Positions 1-10,101 are shown, counted from the first letter of the stretch. The stretch: 64,000 nt of DNA from an uncultured Verrucomicrobiae bacterium (GCA_963765205.1 CAVXVB010000002.1:150635-214634), one strand, 5' to 3'. The notes: a model not told the origin generated them from the sequence alone. A program made the numbers and translations.

Positions 1-1039
1 GCACGCGCATGGGCTTTCCATCGGGTCCCGTTAGAGTGTATTCAAACGGGAACCGAAAAACCAGGTCGGACGGCAGCATGCGTAGGATCTTCTGATCCAG
101 CGTCGAAAAATCCGTGAGTGGGGCGTAGTAAGTGAGGCCGTCGCTCAACAGGGTGTATTTGATCGTGCTGGCCGAGCGGCCCTCGATCCGCAGGTTCAGC
201 GTCTTGCCCGTGTTATCGGTCAAAATACATTCCAGAGGAACATTGAGGTAGACGTTGGGGCCCGCCAACTGGACGAGTTTTTGATCCAGCGCGCTCAGCT
301 CACTCAGGGGAACGTATCGTTCGGCGCCATCGGCCAAACCCAGTTTGACCACCGTATTGCTGCGTCCAAGAATGGTATCAGCCAAAATTTTACCTTGGGT
401 GTCCTTGACCGTGTAGGAAATCGGGAACTCCGCCCGGATCTCATCGGGTAACTGCTGCAAAACAATTTGGTCGCTGGTCGAAAATGCGGAAATGGGGGCG
501 TAATGGGTTGCATGGTCGTCCAATGACGTATACTTTACCCAATCGTCATTGCGGCCTTCGATGCGTACCAGCGCGGGCTTGGCCCCGTCGGGGCCCATTT
601 GACATTCAAAAGGATAGGCGAACTTGAGCTGTTGGTCCAAATGCTGCACAAACTCCTGGTCCGTGCCGGACAAAGTGGACACGGCCACATACTGCGTCGA
701 GTTATCGTCCTTCGAAACATATTGAATGACATCCTTGTTGCAGGCGACCAGGCGCCCGGTGATTGCGTGACCTTGCAAGTCCGTCAAAGTTCGATTTTGG
801 GGCAGTTGATAGCGCCAGTAAAAATGAAAATACACCCAACCGGACACCGCCGCCACCGCCAGCACAAAGATCACCGCCTTCCAAGGGAACATTCGAACCG
901 GCTCCGGCGGCGGAACATAAACCGCTTGTGGAGCCCGGTTTGGATTGCCTAGGGGACGCGGCGGAGGGGTTGGCGTCGAGGCCGGCGCAGGCGTTGATTT
1001 TGCGGGGATACCCTGATCCGATGGTGTCGGGGAGTCCAT
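1..1039 (-). CDS. Membrane-anchored protein with tandem SHD1 (SLA1 homology domain 1)-like repeats, 3' end outside window
   Basis: Manually translated frame open from ATG 1039 to the window edge (absent from the ORF track because it has no stop). Pro-rich N-terminus, one TM (AVIFVLAVAAVSGWVYF), then at least 4 ~60-aa units such as RTLTDLQGHAITGRLVAC...YVAVSTLSGTDQEFV and ILTDNTGKTLNLRIEGRS...YAPLTDFSTLDQKIL. Confidence 0.75.
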   Translation of the reverse strand, partial: MDSPTPSDQGIPAKSTPAPASTPTPPPRPLGNPNRAPQAVYVPPPEPVRMFPWKAVIFVLAVAAVSGWVYFHFYWRYQLPQNRTLTDLQGHAITGRLVACNKDVIQYVSKDDNSTQYVAVSTLSGTDQEFVQHLDQQLKFAYPFECQMGPDGAKPALVRIEGRNDDWVKYTSLDDHATHYAPISAFSTSDQIVLQQLPDEIRAEFPISYTVKDTQGKILADTILGRSNTVVKLGLADGAERYVPLSELSALDQKLVQLAGPNVYLNVPLECILTDNTGKTLNLRIEGRSASTIKYTLLSDGLTYYAPLTDFSTLDQKILRMLPSDLVFRFPFEYTLTGPDGKPMRV

Positions 1040-1292
1040 GGCGCAACGGACGTTGGAAAAATGATGCAGGCCGTCAATCGGCAAGGCTTATTGGCGATTC
1101 CTCATTACGTTGGGAGCATCCCCTTTCCGCCAAAGTTGTCAAGGGTGCTTTTGGCGGAAAGCTCCGATTCTGCTGAGTGCTTGCGGGTTATTTGCCCTCC
1201 GCGCTTTTGCGCTTGTGCTCCCGGCCCTTCCTGCGCTATGAAGACTCTTTGCACCGTTGGGTCCGGGCTGGCTTGGACACGATGGCGCGCAG

Positions 1293-1369
1293 CGGAGTGT
1301 AGCTTAGCCTGGTAGAGCGCTACGTTCGGGACGTAGAGGCCGTGGGTTCGAATCCCACCACTCCGACCA
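1293..1369 (+). tRNA. tRNA-Pro (anticodon CGG)
   Basis: CGGAGTG acceptor stem pairs with CACTCCG; anticodon arm CTACG-TTCGGGA-CGTAG; GGTTCGAATCC T-loop; encoded CCA; 77 nt. Confidence 0.97.
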
Positions 1370-2624
1370 TTTTCAGTTTTGGACAATCTTGGACAGACAG
1401 GGACGGAAGCGGATAAACTTGCCCATTATCAATGGGTTGCGAATCTGGTATCACGACTTGGGATTTTTCGGTTTGGACAGGCTTGGACTCCAAAACCCCG
1501 TTTTGGCCACTTTTAAGTGGCAATGGGCGTGGCACGTTTTGAATATGGTCGGTAGGTTTTGCCGCGATTCCGGCCAGGGCTTGAAGCCCCTCCTTCAAAG
1601 GTAGCTGGGTGGCATCGGTATAGACCCAATCCGTATGCTTGAGGCTTTTATGCCGCGCCAGTTGCATGATCACCCGCGACGGCACCCCGGCCTTTTGCAG
1701 TTGGGTAATGAAGGTGCGCCTGAAAGTATGAATGCCCGCAGAACGCCCCAAGGAATCTGCGCGGGCAATCCCTGCTTTCGCCATGTCCAGATGCAGCGTG
1801 TCGTTCTTGACCACCCCGCGCCAGAAGACGGGAGTCTCCGGCTTGGCCCATACTGGACGGGCGTCGCATAGCTCAGGCACCAGGGCGGGCAGAATCGGCA
1901 ACCAATCGGCGCGGCGGCTTTTGGTTGCTTCTGGGCGCAAGTAAAGACCAGGGTTTTCGCCGTCCAACTGGACATCCTTCCAGAGCAAGCGCCTGGATTC
2001 CTCGTGCCGCAGACCTGTCATCGCCATAAAACGGTAATAGAACTGCCGACGGGGCGCGGCGGCGCAGAGGCGGGCAAGCTCATCCTCGGTAAACGCCCGT
2101 GGCCCGTCCATGGATTTTTGGGGCTGAGGCAGTTTTTGGATGCGTTTGAGCGGATTGGACACCTCGTAAGTGCGCTCCGCCCAGTTCAGGAACACCGTCA
2201 CCGAGTCGAGAAAATGGTTTTGTGTGCGCACCGCATAGCCATGGTTCGAGTTGCGCCAGTCCAGGAAGCTTTTGGCGGTTATGTCGCTTAGCGTTTTCCA
2301 GTGGCAGAATTTCAGCGTCGCCGGGAAACGAATTTTGAGACTGCGCAGGTATTCGCTTGAACGCTCGCGTTTGCGCACCTCCTTGAGAAATTCCTCGAAT
2401 AGCTCCATGAGCGGACGCTTCATGGCCTTGCGTGTGTCCGCAGCGGGAATCAACCCGTCCTCTTCGCGCTGAGCGTCCTCAAATATCTCCTTGAGGCGCT
2501 TTTCGGCGACTTCCTTGACGGTGGTATGCAGCGTGACCTCATGCACTTTCGGGTTGTCACCCACCCGGTAACGGCCCCGATAGCTGCGGCGCGCGCCTTT
2601 CGGCGGTATTAGGTATTTTTGCAT
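1320..2624 (-). CDS. Tyrosine recombinase/integrase
   Basis: Catalytic set present: TGLR, K, HTFRRT, ARHK, WVY. The C-terminus runs antisense through the tRNA 3' half. Confidence 0.93.
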   Translation of the reverse strand: MQKYLIPPKGARRSYRGRYRVGDNPKVHEVTLHTTVKEVAEKRLKEIFEDAQREEDGLIPAADTRKAMKRPLMELFEEFLKEVRKRERSSEYLRSLKIRFPATLKFCHWKTLSDITAKSFLDWRNSNHGYAVRTQNHFLDSVTVFLNWAERTYEVSNPLKRIQKLPQPQKSMDGPRAFTEDELARLCAAAPRRQFYYRFMAMTGLRHEESRRLLWKDVQLDGENPGLYLRPEATKSRRADWLPILPALVPELCDARPVWAKPETPVFWRGVVKNDTLHLDMAKAGIARADSLGRSAGIHTFRRTFITQLQKAGVPSRVIMQLARHKSLKHTDWVYTDATQLPLKEGLQALAGIAAKPTDHIQNVPRPLPLKSGQNGVLESKPVQTEKSQVVIPDSQPIDNGQVYPLPSLSVQDCPKLKMVGVVGFEPTASTSRT

Positions 2625-2833
2625 GGCTGGATTCCTTTCCCTTTTTCGATCTGGCGTTGAATGTATTTATACACTTCCGATGCCTGAACATGCCGTGTCG
2701 CACCGAGCTTGTAGCTGGGTAGATGCCCCTGGCTAATCAGGCGGCGAACCGTCTTGACACTCTTACGGAGAATTTTCGCCGCCTCTTCCAAGGTGCCGGG
2801 TGGTTCAAAGTTATCGGGATTAGGAGCGTTCAT
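2609..2833 (-). CDS. Excisionase-like helix-turn-helix DNA-binding protein (HTH_17/MerR-like)
   Basis: TLEEAAKILRKSVKTVRRLISQGHLPSYKLG motif; overlaps the integrase start. Confidence 0.85.
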   Translation of the reverse strand: MNAPNPDNFEPPGTLEEAAKILRKSVKTVRRLISQGHLPSYKLGATRHVQASEVYKYIQRQIEKGKGIQPCKNT

Positions 2834-3012
2834 GGCTTGGACTTTTTTCGAGACCGTGGGGCCTTTTTGAGAGGTGAAGAGATGGGAGTGTCAGTAGAGG
2901 ACGGTCTAATGGGCCGGGAGGGGTGCATTTGTTCGTAAGCGTCTCGTCGCTCTTGTTCATCAAACTCATCTTCATTATGTTCATCTTCGGCATCTTCGTC
3001 GAGGGTGGCCTT
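2830..3012 (-). pseudogene. 3' remnant of a gene upstream of the excisionase (acidic then basic tail)
   Basis: Frame reads KATLDEDAEDEHNEDEFDEQERRDAYEQ...KKAPRSRKKSKP* and its TGA overlaps the xis ATG (ATGA coupling). In-frame stops upstream; no start at the 5' end of the fragment. Confidence 0.4.
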
Positions 3013-3400
3013 TTAAAGGTTTTAGCGTCAATCATATTCTTGGTTATATTCTGCCTTTTGTGTGTATGTTATCGCTACTTGGTCTGTTAATTGAAAACTT
3101 AAGTCATCGTATTGGGCCAAAGTATTAAGGATGAGGATCACCGCTCGCGAAGTGAACCCTTACGCCAATCAGCCCCACAGTGAAGGCCCGCGCTGCCTCG
3201 CACCACCCGACAATATTAATGAATTGTTTATTTGTGTGTTTATTTGCTATCGTTGTTTTTAAGACAAAGCCATTTCCGCAAACACGCCGGCTTTTCTGTA
3301 CATCGTAATGACACCGTCACAATAATTCAACCTGCAGCCAAAGCAATTTGAACTTTGGTCAGCCCTTTCCGTTGCAACTACTTGGCCAAACAGCTTTTTA

Positions 3401-3424
3401 GGTTCGAATCACTCCGGCCATTTT
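3401..3424 (+). repeat. Degenerate att direct repeat of the tRNA-Pro 3' end
   Basis: GGTTCGAATC-ACTCCGGCCATTTT versus tRNA GGTTCGAATCccaccACTCCGACCATTTT (1345-1373): a 5-nt deletion plus 1 mismatch. Confidence 0.8.
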
Positions 3425-3517
3425 TTCTAAAGCAGCCGGGAGCCGGGAGCGCGGAACTGGGAGTTGACGGAGAATGAATACGTCCGCAGCTTAATCTGCG
3501 CCAAGAAAACCGGCCTG

Positions 3518-5479
3518 CTACAAACCGCCTGCCGGGGGTTTGGGCGGCGCCGGGCTGGCCAGGTCGAGCACGTAGAAAAACCCGTCGTCGAAGCGGTGGG
3601 TGCGCGACTGGGCCAGTTCTGCCAGGTCGTCCTGGAACGCAAACGAGAGCGCGGTCTCCTGGTTCATCACCCGGCCCATCGAGGGGTCGAGGTTAAAGCG
3701 GTAAATCGCGCGCGGATAGTTGGCCTGTGTTTTATAGGCATAAATGATATAGCGGATGTTTTGCTTGAGCAGGTAGGCCGCCACGGCCTCGCCGCCCTGG
3801 TGGACGGGCAGCCCGGAGGGCGGGCTGGATTCTCCCGGCCAGTCGGCGACATAAATGGGATTGCGGTTAAAATCGAACAGATAGGGCTCGTCGGTGTAGG
3901 CGAGAATTTTGGCGCCCGCGGGTACGTTGACCTGCACCGAGTGGACGAGGCCGGCCCATTCCGTCCAGTCGTTCGCCTGGCCCTCCAGGCTGTTGGCCAG
4001 ATCGTGGGGCACGATTTGGCCGTAGGTCATATACAGTTCTTTTGCGTGGCCCAGCAACAATGCGGCCAGCAGGACGGGGCCGGCGTGGCGCGCCCAACGC
4101 CCGCTGGGTGGCCCGCCCAGTTTAAGGCCGGCGTGCCAGACGCAGGCCAGCGCCATGGTCAGCGCCGTCATTTGGGCCGCCGCCAGATAGCGTTCGACGT
4201 TGTTGTATTCAGTCGCCATCGCGATCAGTGGCCACGCAATCAGCCACCCGCCAACGATGGCCAACGTGACGCAGGCAACGGGGCCGCCCGCGGCCGCGCG
4301 CACGGCGGGGCGGGACCAGGCGAGCAGCAGGCCCGCAAGGATTATGCATGGCAATATTAGGCCGGTTTTCAAGGCTTGCACGGCATCGCCATGAAACGGC
4401 GCGGGCACCGAGGGGAAAAAGACCTCCACTTGAAATCCCCGGCCCAGCAGGGGATAGAGCGGCGTGCCAGCGGAATGATATTGCCACCACATCCATGGCA
4501 GCATCACGGCCACGCCCGCCAGCGCCACGAGCAAACCGAGGCCCAGTGGACGCCATTTTTTTTCGGCCAGCGCGCCCAGGCCCGCGGAGCCCGCGACCAG
4601 CACGACTGCCGTGGGAATGGTTGTGCTCTTGAGTGAGCAGGCGGCTCCGAGGAGCAATCCGGCCCTCAGCAACCATGGCCTTCGCGGCGTTGTGGGACCA
4701 TATAATTGCACCAATGCCGAACAGAGCGCAAGGAGTACGGCCACCGTCGTGGTGGTACTGCTGATGTTGACATACCAAGGGCGGAAGATCAGCGGCACGA
4801 GCATCAACAACGCCGCCCCGGTGCGCCCGAGTTGCAGCCGCACTCCCAGGCCCGCCGCGGCGAGGCACGCCGCTGCCAGCCCCACGCCACCTTCGATGAT
4901 ATGCACGTTGTCCGGCGCAAAGAGGGCCAGCGCCATCGCGTTGAGAAAATGTTGCGCACCCAGGGCGGACATCAACTGCCGGGAATTGAACGGATCCGCG
5001 CCGATCGTGCCCGTCTGCAACATTCGTTCAGGCGAAACCAAATAGGACATCGAATCGTCCTGGGGATTAAAGTAGGAATGTCCCGCCCACGCCGCGTAGG
5101 GAAAAAAGGTTTTTATCAACACGCTGCCCGCAAAGCGCAGCGCGAGCGCGCCCAGAGGCAGCGCCAGCCACCCCAGCCATGGCCAATCTCTTGCCTTGCG
5201 CCGCCAAGTGACGGGATGCGGCATTTTTTTCAAAGGCGAGATGAGAGAACAACCCGCCAGCGCGCAGCCGGCCAAAACAAAAACAACCACACTTATGCGC
5301 GTGGCCAGCCCGCCTAAATTCAGCAAACTGCCGATGAAACTGCTCAGAGCGATGCCCCACGCCGGCGCCTCCAGCCAGTCGGCTGCCGCGTGGCTCTGCC
5401 GGGCCAGCAAGCGCCCCCAACCCGCCAACGCGGCCAACACTGCCAGACCCCACAACAGCACCGGAAGGAAATTGTCCAT
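3518..5479 (-). CDS. Polytopic membrane protein, possibly a GT-C-fold glycosyltransferase
   Basis: Many hydrophobic segments, a DD-containing loop (NPQDDSMSY) after the early TMs and a soluble C-terminal domain. Start MDNFLPV chosen over the longer ORF call. Confidence 0.6.
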   Translation of the reverse strand: MDNFLPVLLWGLAVLAALAGWGRLLARQSHAAADWLEAPAWGIALSSFIGSLLNLGGLATRISVVVFVLAGCALAGCSLISPLKKMPHPVTWRRKARDWPWLGWLALPLGALALRFAGSVLIKTFFPYAAWAGHSYFNPQDDSMSYLVSPERMLQTGTIGADPFNSRQLMSALGAQHFLNAMALALFAPDNVHIIEGGVGLAAACLAAAGLGVRLQLGRTGAALLMLVPLIFRPWYVNISSTTTTVAVLLALCSALVQLYGPTTPRRPWLLRAGLLLGAACSLKSTTIPTAVVLVAGSAGLGALAEKKWRPLGLGLLVALAGVAVMLPWMWWQYHSAGTPLYPLLGRGFQVEVFFPSVPAPFHGDAVQALKTGLILPCIILAGLLLAWSRPAVRAAAGGPVACVTLAIVGGWLIAWPLIAMATEYNNVERYLAAAQMTALTMALACVWHAGLKLGGPPSGRWARHAGPVLLAALLLGHAKELYMTYGQIVPHDLANSLEGQANDWTEWAGLVHSVQVNVPAGAKILAYTDEPYLFDFNRNPIYVADWPGESSPPSGLPVHQGGEAVAAYLLKQNIRYIIYAYKTQANYPRAIYRFNLDPSMGRVMNQETALSFAFQDDLAELAQSRTHRFDDGFFYVLDLASPAPPKPPAGGL

Positions 5480-5768
5480 GCGTGGCAAAAGGGAAAGGAC
5501 TGGGCGGCTTGACCAACGCAAACCATCGGATGAGGCGCTGGCAACGCAAATGTGGAAGGCCGCGCCCTTGGGTTTCGCCGGCATTTTCCTCAATTAAAAC
5601 GGTCGTTTGAATCGAAGGGGAGTCGCATGACAAGGGTTTTACATTCCGCCGGTTGTTTCGCAAGTTGTTGGTTTATAGCGGCGAAATGGCTGTTGGCCCG
5701 GGCGGATTCCAGGGCCGTGGAAAATGCGCGCGACATTTTTTTCAAAGAGGTGGTATAATGGTTCCATC

Positions 5769-6365
5769 ATGAGCTCCGCCGACCTTACTGCTGACAAACT
5801 TTTGCTCGAACGCTTCCGCCAGGGCGACAATCGCGCCTTTGACGACATTGTGCATCGCTATTACGAACCGATCTTCCGCCGTGTCTTTGGCTTGCTGAAA
5901 AACCACGAGGACGCCGAGGAAGTCACCCAGGACACATTTTTGCGCGCGCGCCGCGGGTTGGAGGCCTTTCGCGGCGACGCCGCGTTTTCCACCTGGCTCT
6001 ACCAGATCGCCACCAACCTCGCGCACAACCGCTACTGGTTTTGGTGGCGGCGCGGTCGGCACGCCGCCGTGTCGCTCGATGCCTCAGTCAGCCCCGAGGC
6101 CGGGCTGACCTTGGCCGAGGTGCTGCCGGATGAGGAGCCGGACCCGGGAAAAAACGCGGTCACCCAGGAGCTGGTGGAGCGGGTCGAGGCGGCGATGGGT
6201 CGGCTCAGCCCCGCCCACCGCGAAATCCTGACCTTGCGTAATGTGCGCGATCTGTCATATGAAGAGATTGCCGCTTTGCTGAACCTGAGCTTGGGCACGG
6301 TCAAGAGCCGCATCGCCCGGGCGCGCGAGGCGCTTAAACAGGTTCTGGGCGACCAAGCCGCATGA
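5769..6365 (+). CDS. ECF (sigma-70 group 4) RNA polymerase sigma factor
   Basis: DAEEVTQDTFLRA / FSTWLYQIATN (region 2) and LSYEEIAALLNLSLGTVKSRIARAR (region 4). Confidence 0.93.
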   Translation: MSSADLTADKLLLERFRQGDNRAFDDIVHRYYEPIFRRVFGLLKNHEDAEEVTQDTFLRARRGLEAFRGDAAFSTWLYQIATNLAHNRYWFWWRRGRHAAVSLDASVSPEAGLTLAEVLPDEEPDPGKNAVTQELVERVEAAMGRLSPAHREILTLRNVRDLSYEEIAALLNLSLGTVKSRIARAREALKQVLGDQAA

Positions 6366-7395
6366 CGGAAAAACAATTCGACGATCTCACCAATCTCTAC
6401 CTCGACCACGAGATTGGCGGGAATGACTTGCGGGAATTGAAGGATGCCATCCGCCACAACGTGCTGCTGCGGCGCAAGTTCGAGCGGGCTTGTGAAATCC
6501 ACCAGGCGGCGCGCAAAGCCTTGCTTTCGCAGGCGGGCGGCCATGTTCCCGGCGAAGGCACTGGCACGGGGGCTAGATCCAGCCCTGCGGCGCGGACGGC
6601 CTCCTCCACCGGGTCAGGTTTGACCCGGCCTCGCGGCGGGCGGCCTGTGGCGGCGGGGCCCAGTTCCGGCAAGCAAAAGCAAAGCCAGGCGCACCGCAAT
6701 GCCTCGGTTGTGTCTTTGGCCGAGCGGCAGCTAAACAAAGGCGCGGCCAGCGAGGTGGACTTGAACCGGATCAGCCTCGAATCGCACGGCTCGTCCAAAC
6801 CCGCTGTCGGCGGCCGGCACATTTTTTCATTTTTTGATTCTCCGGTGGGTTTGATGATCGGCGGCCTTTTGCTGATTCTCGGGGGGGCGGTCTTGTATTT
6901 CACCTTCAAGTTCACCACGCCCGAGCAGAACGACGACGGTAATCGGTCAAAAATACCGCCCTCCACCAATCGGATGTCGTCATTGACCCGAAGGTGCTGC
7001 GGGAATTGTCCGCCGACCAAAAAAACAAGCCGCCGGCCGAGGACGCGGCGCACGCGCGCAATTACCAGGCGGCGTTGACCGGGCAGGCGGCGGTCACGAC
7101 CCCGCCGGCGAATGATTACGCGTCCACGGCGAATACCTCCTCCGCGACTAGCGCGGCACCCACCGGGCCCACCGCAGTCGACCTGGCTTTGCCGGCCGCA
7201 CCGGGCGCGCTAATCCCTGGCGCGGTCAACCTGACTCCATCGGCGCTTATCAATGCGCCGGGCGCGAGCGCCCTCGCACCCACGCAGGATCCTTGGGTGC
7301 AATTATCCATGCCCTCCCCGTTGCCACCCGCCTCTTCGCCGGATGATAAAAACCCGCCCACCAACCAAACGAATGTGCCGGTGATGCTGCCGTGA
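6362..7395 (+). CDS. Putative single-pass anti-sigma factor (frameshift near 6941-6948)
   Basis: ATGA overlap with the sigma gene; N-terminal FDDLTNLYLDHEI anti-sigma-like helix, one TM and an Ala/Pro-rich tail continuing in the 6994-7395 frame. Confidence 0.6.
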
Positions 7396-7422
7396 GTGCA
7401 GGGCTTTCAACTCCCCCTTATC

Positions 7423-8293
7423 CTACACATCGAAATTCGAAAAAGCTAATATTGCCAAAAGATAAAAGGCTACTGGCCCGGCGAGGAGCAGACTATCCGC
7501 CAAGTCCAACGCGCCGCCGATGCCGGGGATGCACCGTCCAGAATCTTTGACGCCCGCGCGGCGCTTGAAGACGGATTTCGGACAGGTCGGAGACGATGGC
7601 GGCAATGCCTATGGGAAACGCCAAACAGACGGCGCGGATGGGCGTCAGCCACTCGGGGAAGAATTGCGGGGCAAACTGCACCGGCAAATATGCGACTAGC
7701 GCTGACAGCAATAGCCCCCCCGCGACGCCTTCCCAAGTCTTTCCCGGGCTGATGGACGGCGCCAGTTTGTGCCGGCCAAATATCGAGCCAATAAGGTAAC
7801 CGCCGACATCCGTAAATTTCGCGACGGCAATCACCCAAATCGCCAAGCTTAGGCCATTATTACCCCCAAACTGCGGACCAATGATTATAAATATTAATAA
7901 ATAATGTATCATCATAAACGGAACATAAACGAGTGCGAGTACAGACCCGGCCAAACGGTTGATGGCAGTCGTGCCTTGGGCGCTGGCCAGCGCACCAACG
8001 ACAAGCGCAACAGGAACGAGCATAAGGATTAGAGGAAGCAATACGAATTGCCAGTAAGACGATAGACCGAAAACGACCATCATTCCAAATACCATCATTA
8101 TAATAAATCCGAGCGTCAAAGTTGGTGTTTTCCACGGCGGCAGCCCGGATTTTTCCAGCAGGCCTTGAAATTCGTATTGCGCGAGCAGCGTGAAAACGGC
8201 CAGCAGCACGACTCCGCCGGGCGCGCCGAATAAATAGATGGTCCCGAGGACGACCGTCCACAACCCGACTGTGCTGAGCGTGCGTTTAATCAC
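7423..8293 (-). CDS. cdsA: Phosphatidate cytidylyltransferase (apparent 1-nt insertion near 7577)
   Basis: ISPGKTWEG motif; [32 protein letters not shown] completed after a frame change; coupled to uppS. Confidence 0.92.
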
Positions 8294-9075
8294 TTGGGCG
8301 AAGCGGGTTCGGGCGCGGGCAGGCGCACTTGTTCCCCCGTCTGTCCGAAACGCCGCTCGCGCCGTTTGTAGGCTTCAAGCGCCTCGACGAAGTGCGCGCG
8401 GCTGAATTCCGGCCAATACACCGGGCTGAAATACATCTCTGCATACGCCGCTTGCAGCAGCAGGAAATTGCTCAGGCGGCTTTCTCCCGAGGTACGGATG
8501 ATGAGGTCGGGGTCGGGCAGGCCGTTCGTGGAAAGGTATTGGGCCAGGCGCGCCCAGTCCAACTCGGCGGGATTTTCCCGGCCCGCGCGCACGGCCTCGG
8601 CATACTCCCGTGCGGCCTCGACCGCTTCCTGGCGCGAGCCGTAATTGAGCGCCAGTACCAGCGTATGTTCGGTGAAGTGGGCGGTGCGGGCCAGGGCGCG
8701 TTCGAGGCAGGCGCGCGCCCGCTCGGGCAATTGGTCAATGCGGCCGATGGTGCGCAGGCGCACCTGGTTTTGCTCGAGTTCGCGCGTGTAGCGTTCGAGA
8801 AAAATCTCCAGCAACCCCATCAGCGCGCCGACTTCCTCGGCCGGCCGGCGCCAATTCTCCGCGGAGAACGCGTAGAGCGTGAGGTAGGGCACGTCGAGGT
8901 CGCGCGCCACCTCGACAATGCGTCGTACATTTTCCACGCCCTGTCGGTGGCCCTCGATGCGTGGCAATCCGCGCGCGCGCGCCCAGCGGCCGTTGCCATC
9001 CATGATGATGGCCACGTGCTGTGGGTTCGTGGATTGCTCGGCGGCGGATTTCGGACACAGGGTTGGGCCGGTCAA
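8290..9075 (-). CDS. uppS: Undecaprenyl/isoprenyl diphosphate synthase
   Basis: HVAIIMDGNGRWA, YAFSAENW, IRTSGESRLSNFLL. Start uncertain (TTG 9075, or GTG 9058 with a 1-nt artefact). Confidence 0.95.
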   Translation of the reverse strand: MTGPTLCPKSAAEQSTNPQHVAIIMDGNGRWARARGLPRIEGHRQGVENVRRIVEVARDLDVPYLTLYAFSAENWRRPAEEVGALMGLLEIFLERYTRELEQNQVRLRTIGRIDQLPERARACLERALARTAHFTEHTLVLALNYGSRQEAVEAAREYAEAVRAGRENPAELDWARLAQYLSTNGLPDPDLIIRTSGESRLSNFLLLQAAYAEMYFSPVYWPEFSRAHFVEALEAYKRRERRFGQTGEQVRLPAPEPASPK

Positions 9076-9157
9076 AATAAGTTACGGAAGTATGTATTTA
9101 ACGCACAGACATAAATGGGCGCAAGCCCTTGTTGGCATCCTTTTGATTTTCGGGTTT

Positions 9158-9478
9158 TTAGGCGGAATTTTCCTTTGTCCCCACGCAAATAAAAACGCCA
9201 TGTTGAAGGAGTCCCGGCTCATGGGGAGTGCAAGGGTCTTCTTTAAGTTTAATGGAAGCATCGGCAAACGCTTCTTTGATAATGCCTCCCCATTCCTTAA
9301 CTTCATCTCCGTTGCACCGGATAAAAATACCCCGGTGACTGTGGAGAATTTTAAGCGTCGGTTGAACAGTGGGACATCCTGCATCATTCAGGACGGCATC
9401 AATTTCATTGGCGTAGTTTTCAATTTCCTCGCCATCACAATGCCAAACCCTGACTGCAATTGGAGGTGCGATTGGAGA
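9158..9478 (-). pseudogene. 3' fragment of an IS passenger gene
   Basis: Start-less open frame ...IAVRVWHCDGEEIENYANEIDAVLNDAGC...GVFICVGTKENSA* begins where transposase similarity stops. Confidence 0.5.
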
Positions 9479-10101
9479 ATGGCATTTTTGAGCGTATGGC
9501 CGGATACGTCAGCAACCACTCTCCGATGAATGTTGCCGTCGCGCTCTACCATTGCGAAAACTGGCGTTTTCGAGGTGCCCCGTCCGCGCTTGTGCAATCC
9601 GGTTCCCGGACGGGGTTTCCCTCCAATGTAGGTTTCATCGCACTCCACCTTTCCTTTGAGCCGGGGCGACGTTTCCGAGGTAATAGCAAATCTGACGCGG
9701 TGCATCAAGAACAGGGCCGACTTATAGCTAATCTGGCAATGCCGTTGAATTTCCAAGGCACTGACCCCCTTTTTTGAGGTGCTAATGCGCCAGAAGGCAT
9801 AACACCAGTGTTTAAGGGGCAAGCGGGAATCCTCAAAGACCGTGCCAATACGCACGCTGAATTGCTCTTTGCAGACCCGGCAACGCCAAAGGAAACGGGA
9901 ATTGCGGGTCTTGCCATCAGCACTCATCATCATTTTGGGGTTGGGAGCCTCGCAATGGGGGCAGCGAGGGGTGTTTCCCCAACGTTGGGCCTCCATTAGC
10001 TCTACCGCTGCCGTCTCATCCGCACAGGCCATTGGCAGCAAATCCCTTATAAGAGACGAGCGTTCTAGTTCTGGGTGTTGGTAGGTCGTTTTCATTATCA
10101 T
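9388..10101 (-). pseudogene. IS1595-family transposase, C-terminally truncated
   Basis: Zn ribbon CPHC...CRVC, HTH and first catalytic Asp (ECDETYIGG). Similarity ends near NAILQS (~9470), before the second Asp and third catalytic residue. Confidence 0.85.

Larger units (their letters stand above)
1345..3424. mobile_element. Small integrative element at the tRNA-Pro 3' end (integrase + excisionase), probably decayed
   Basis: Tyrosine integrase and HTH gene lie between the tRNA 3' end and an imperfect copy of it at 3401-3424; AT-rich interior at 3000-3400. Confidence 0.8.

Noticed and set aside
2820-3035. 71-aa ORF MIDAKTFK... in the island
   Set aside because: The alternative acidic frame, coupled to xis by ATGA, looks more like the original gene; neither can be firmly supported.
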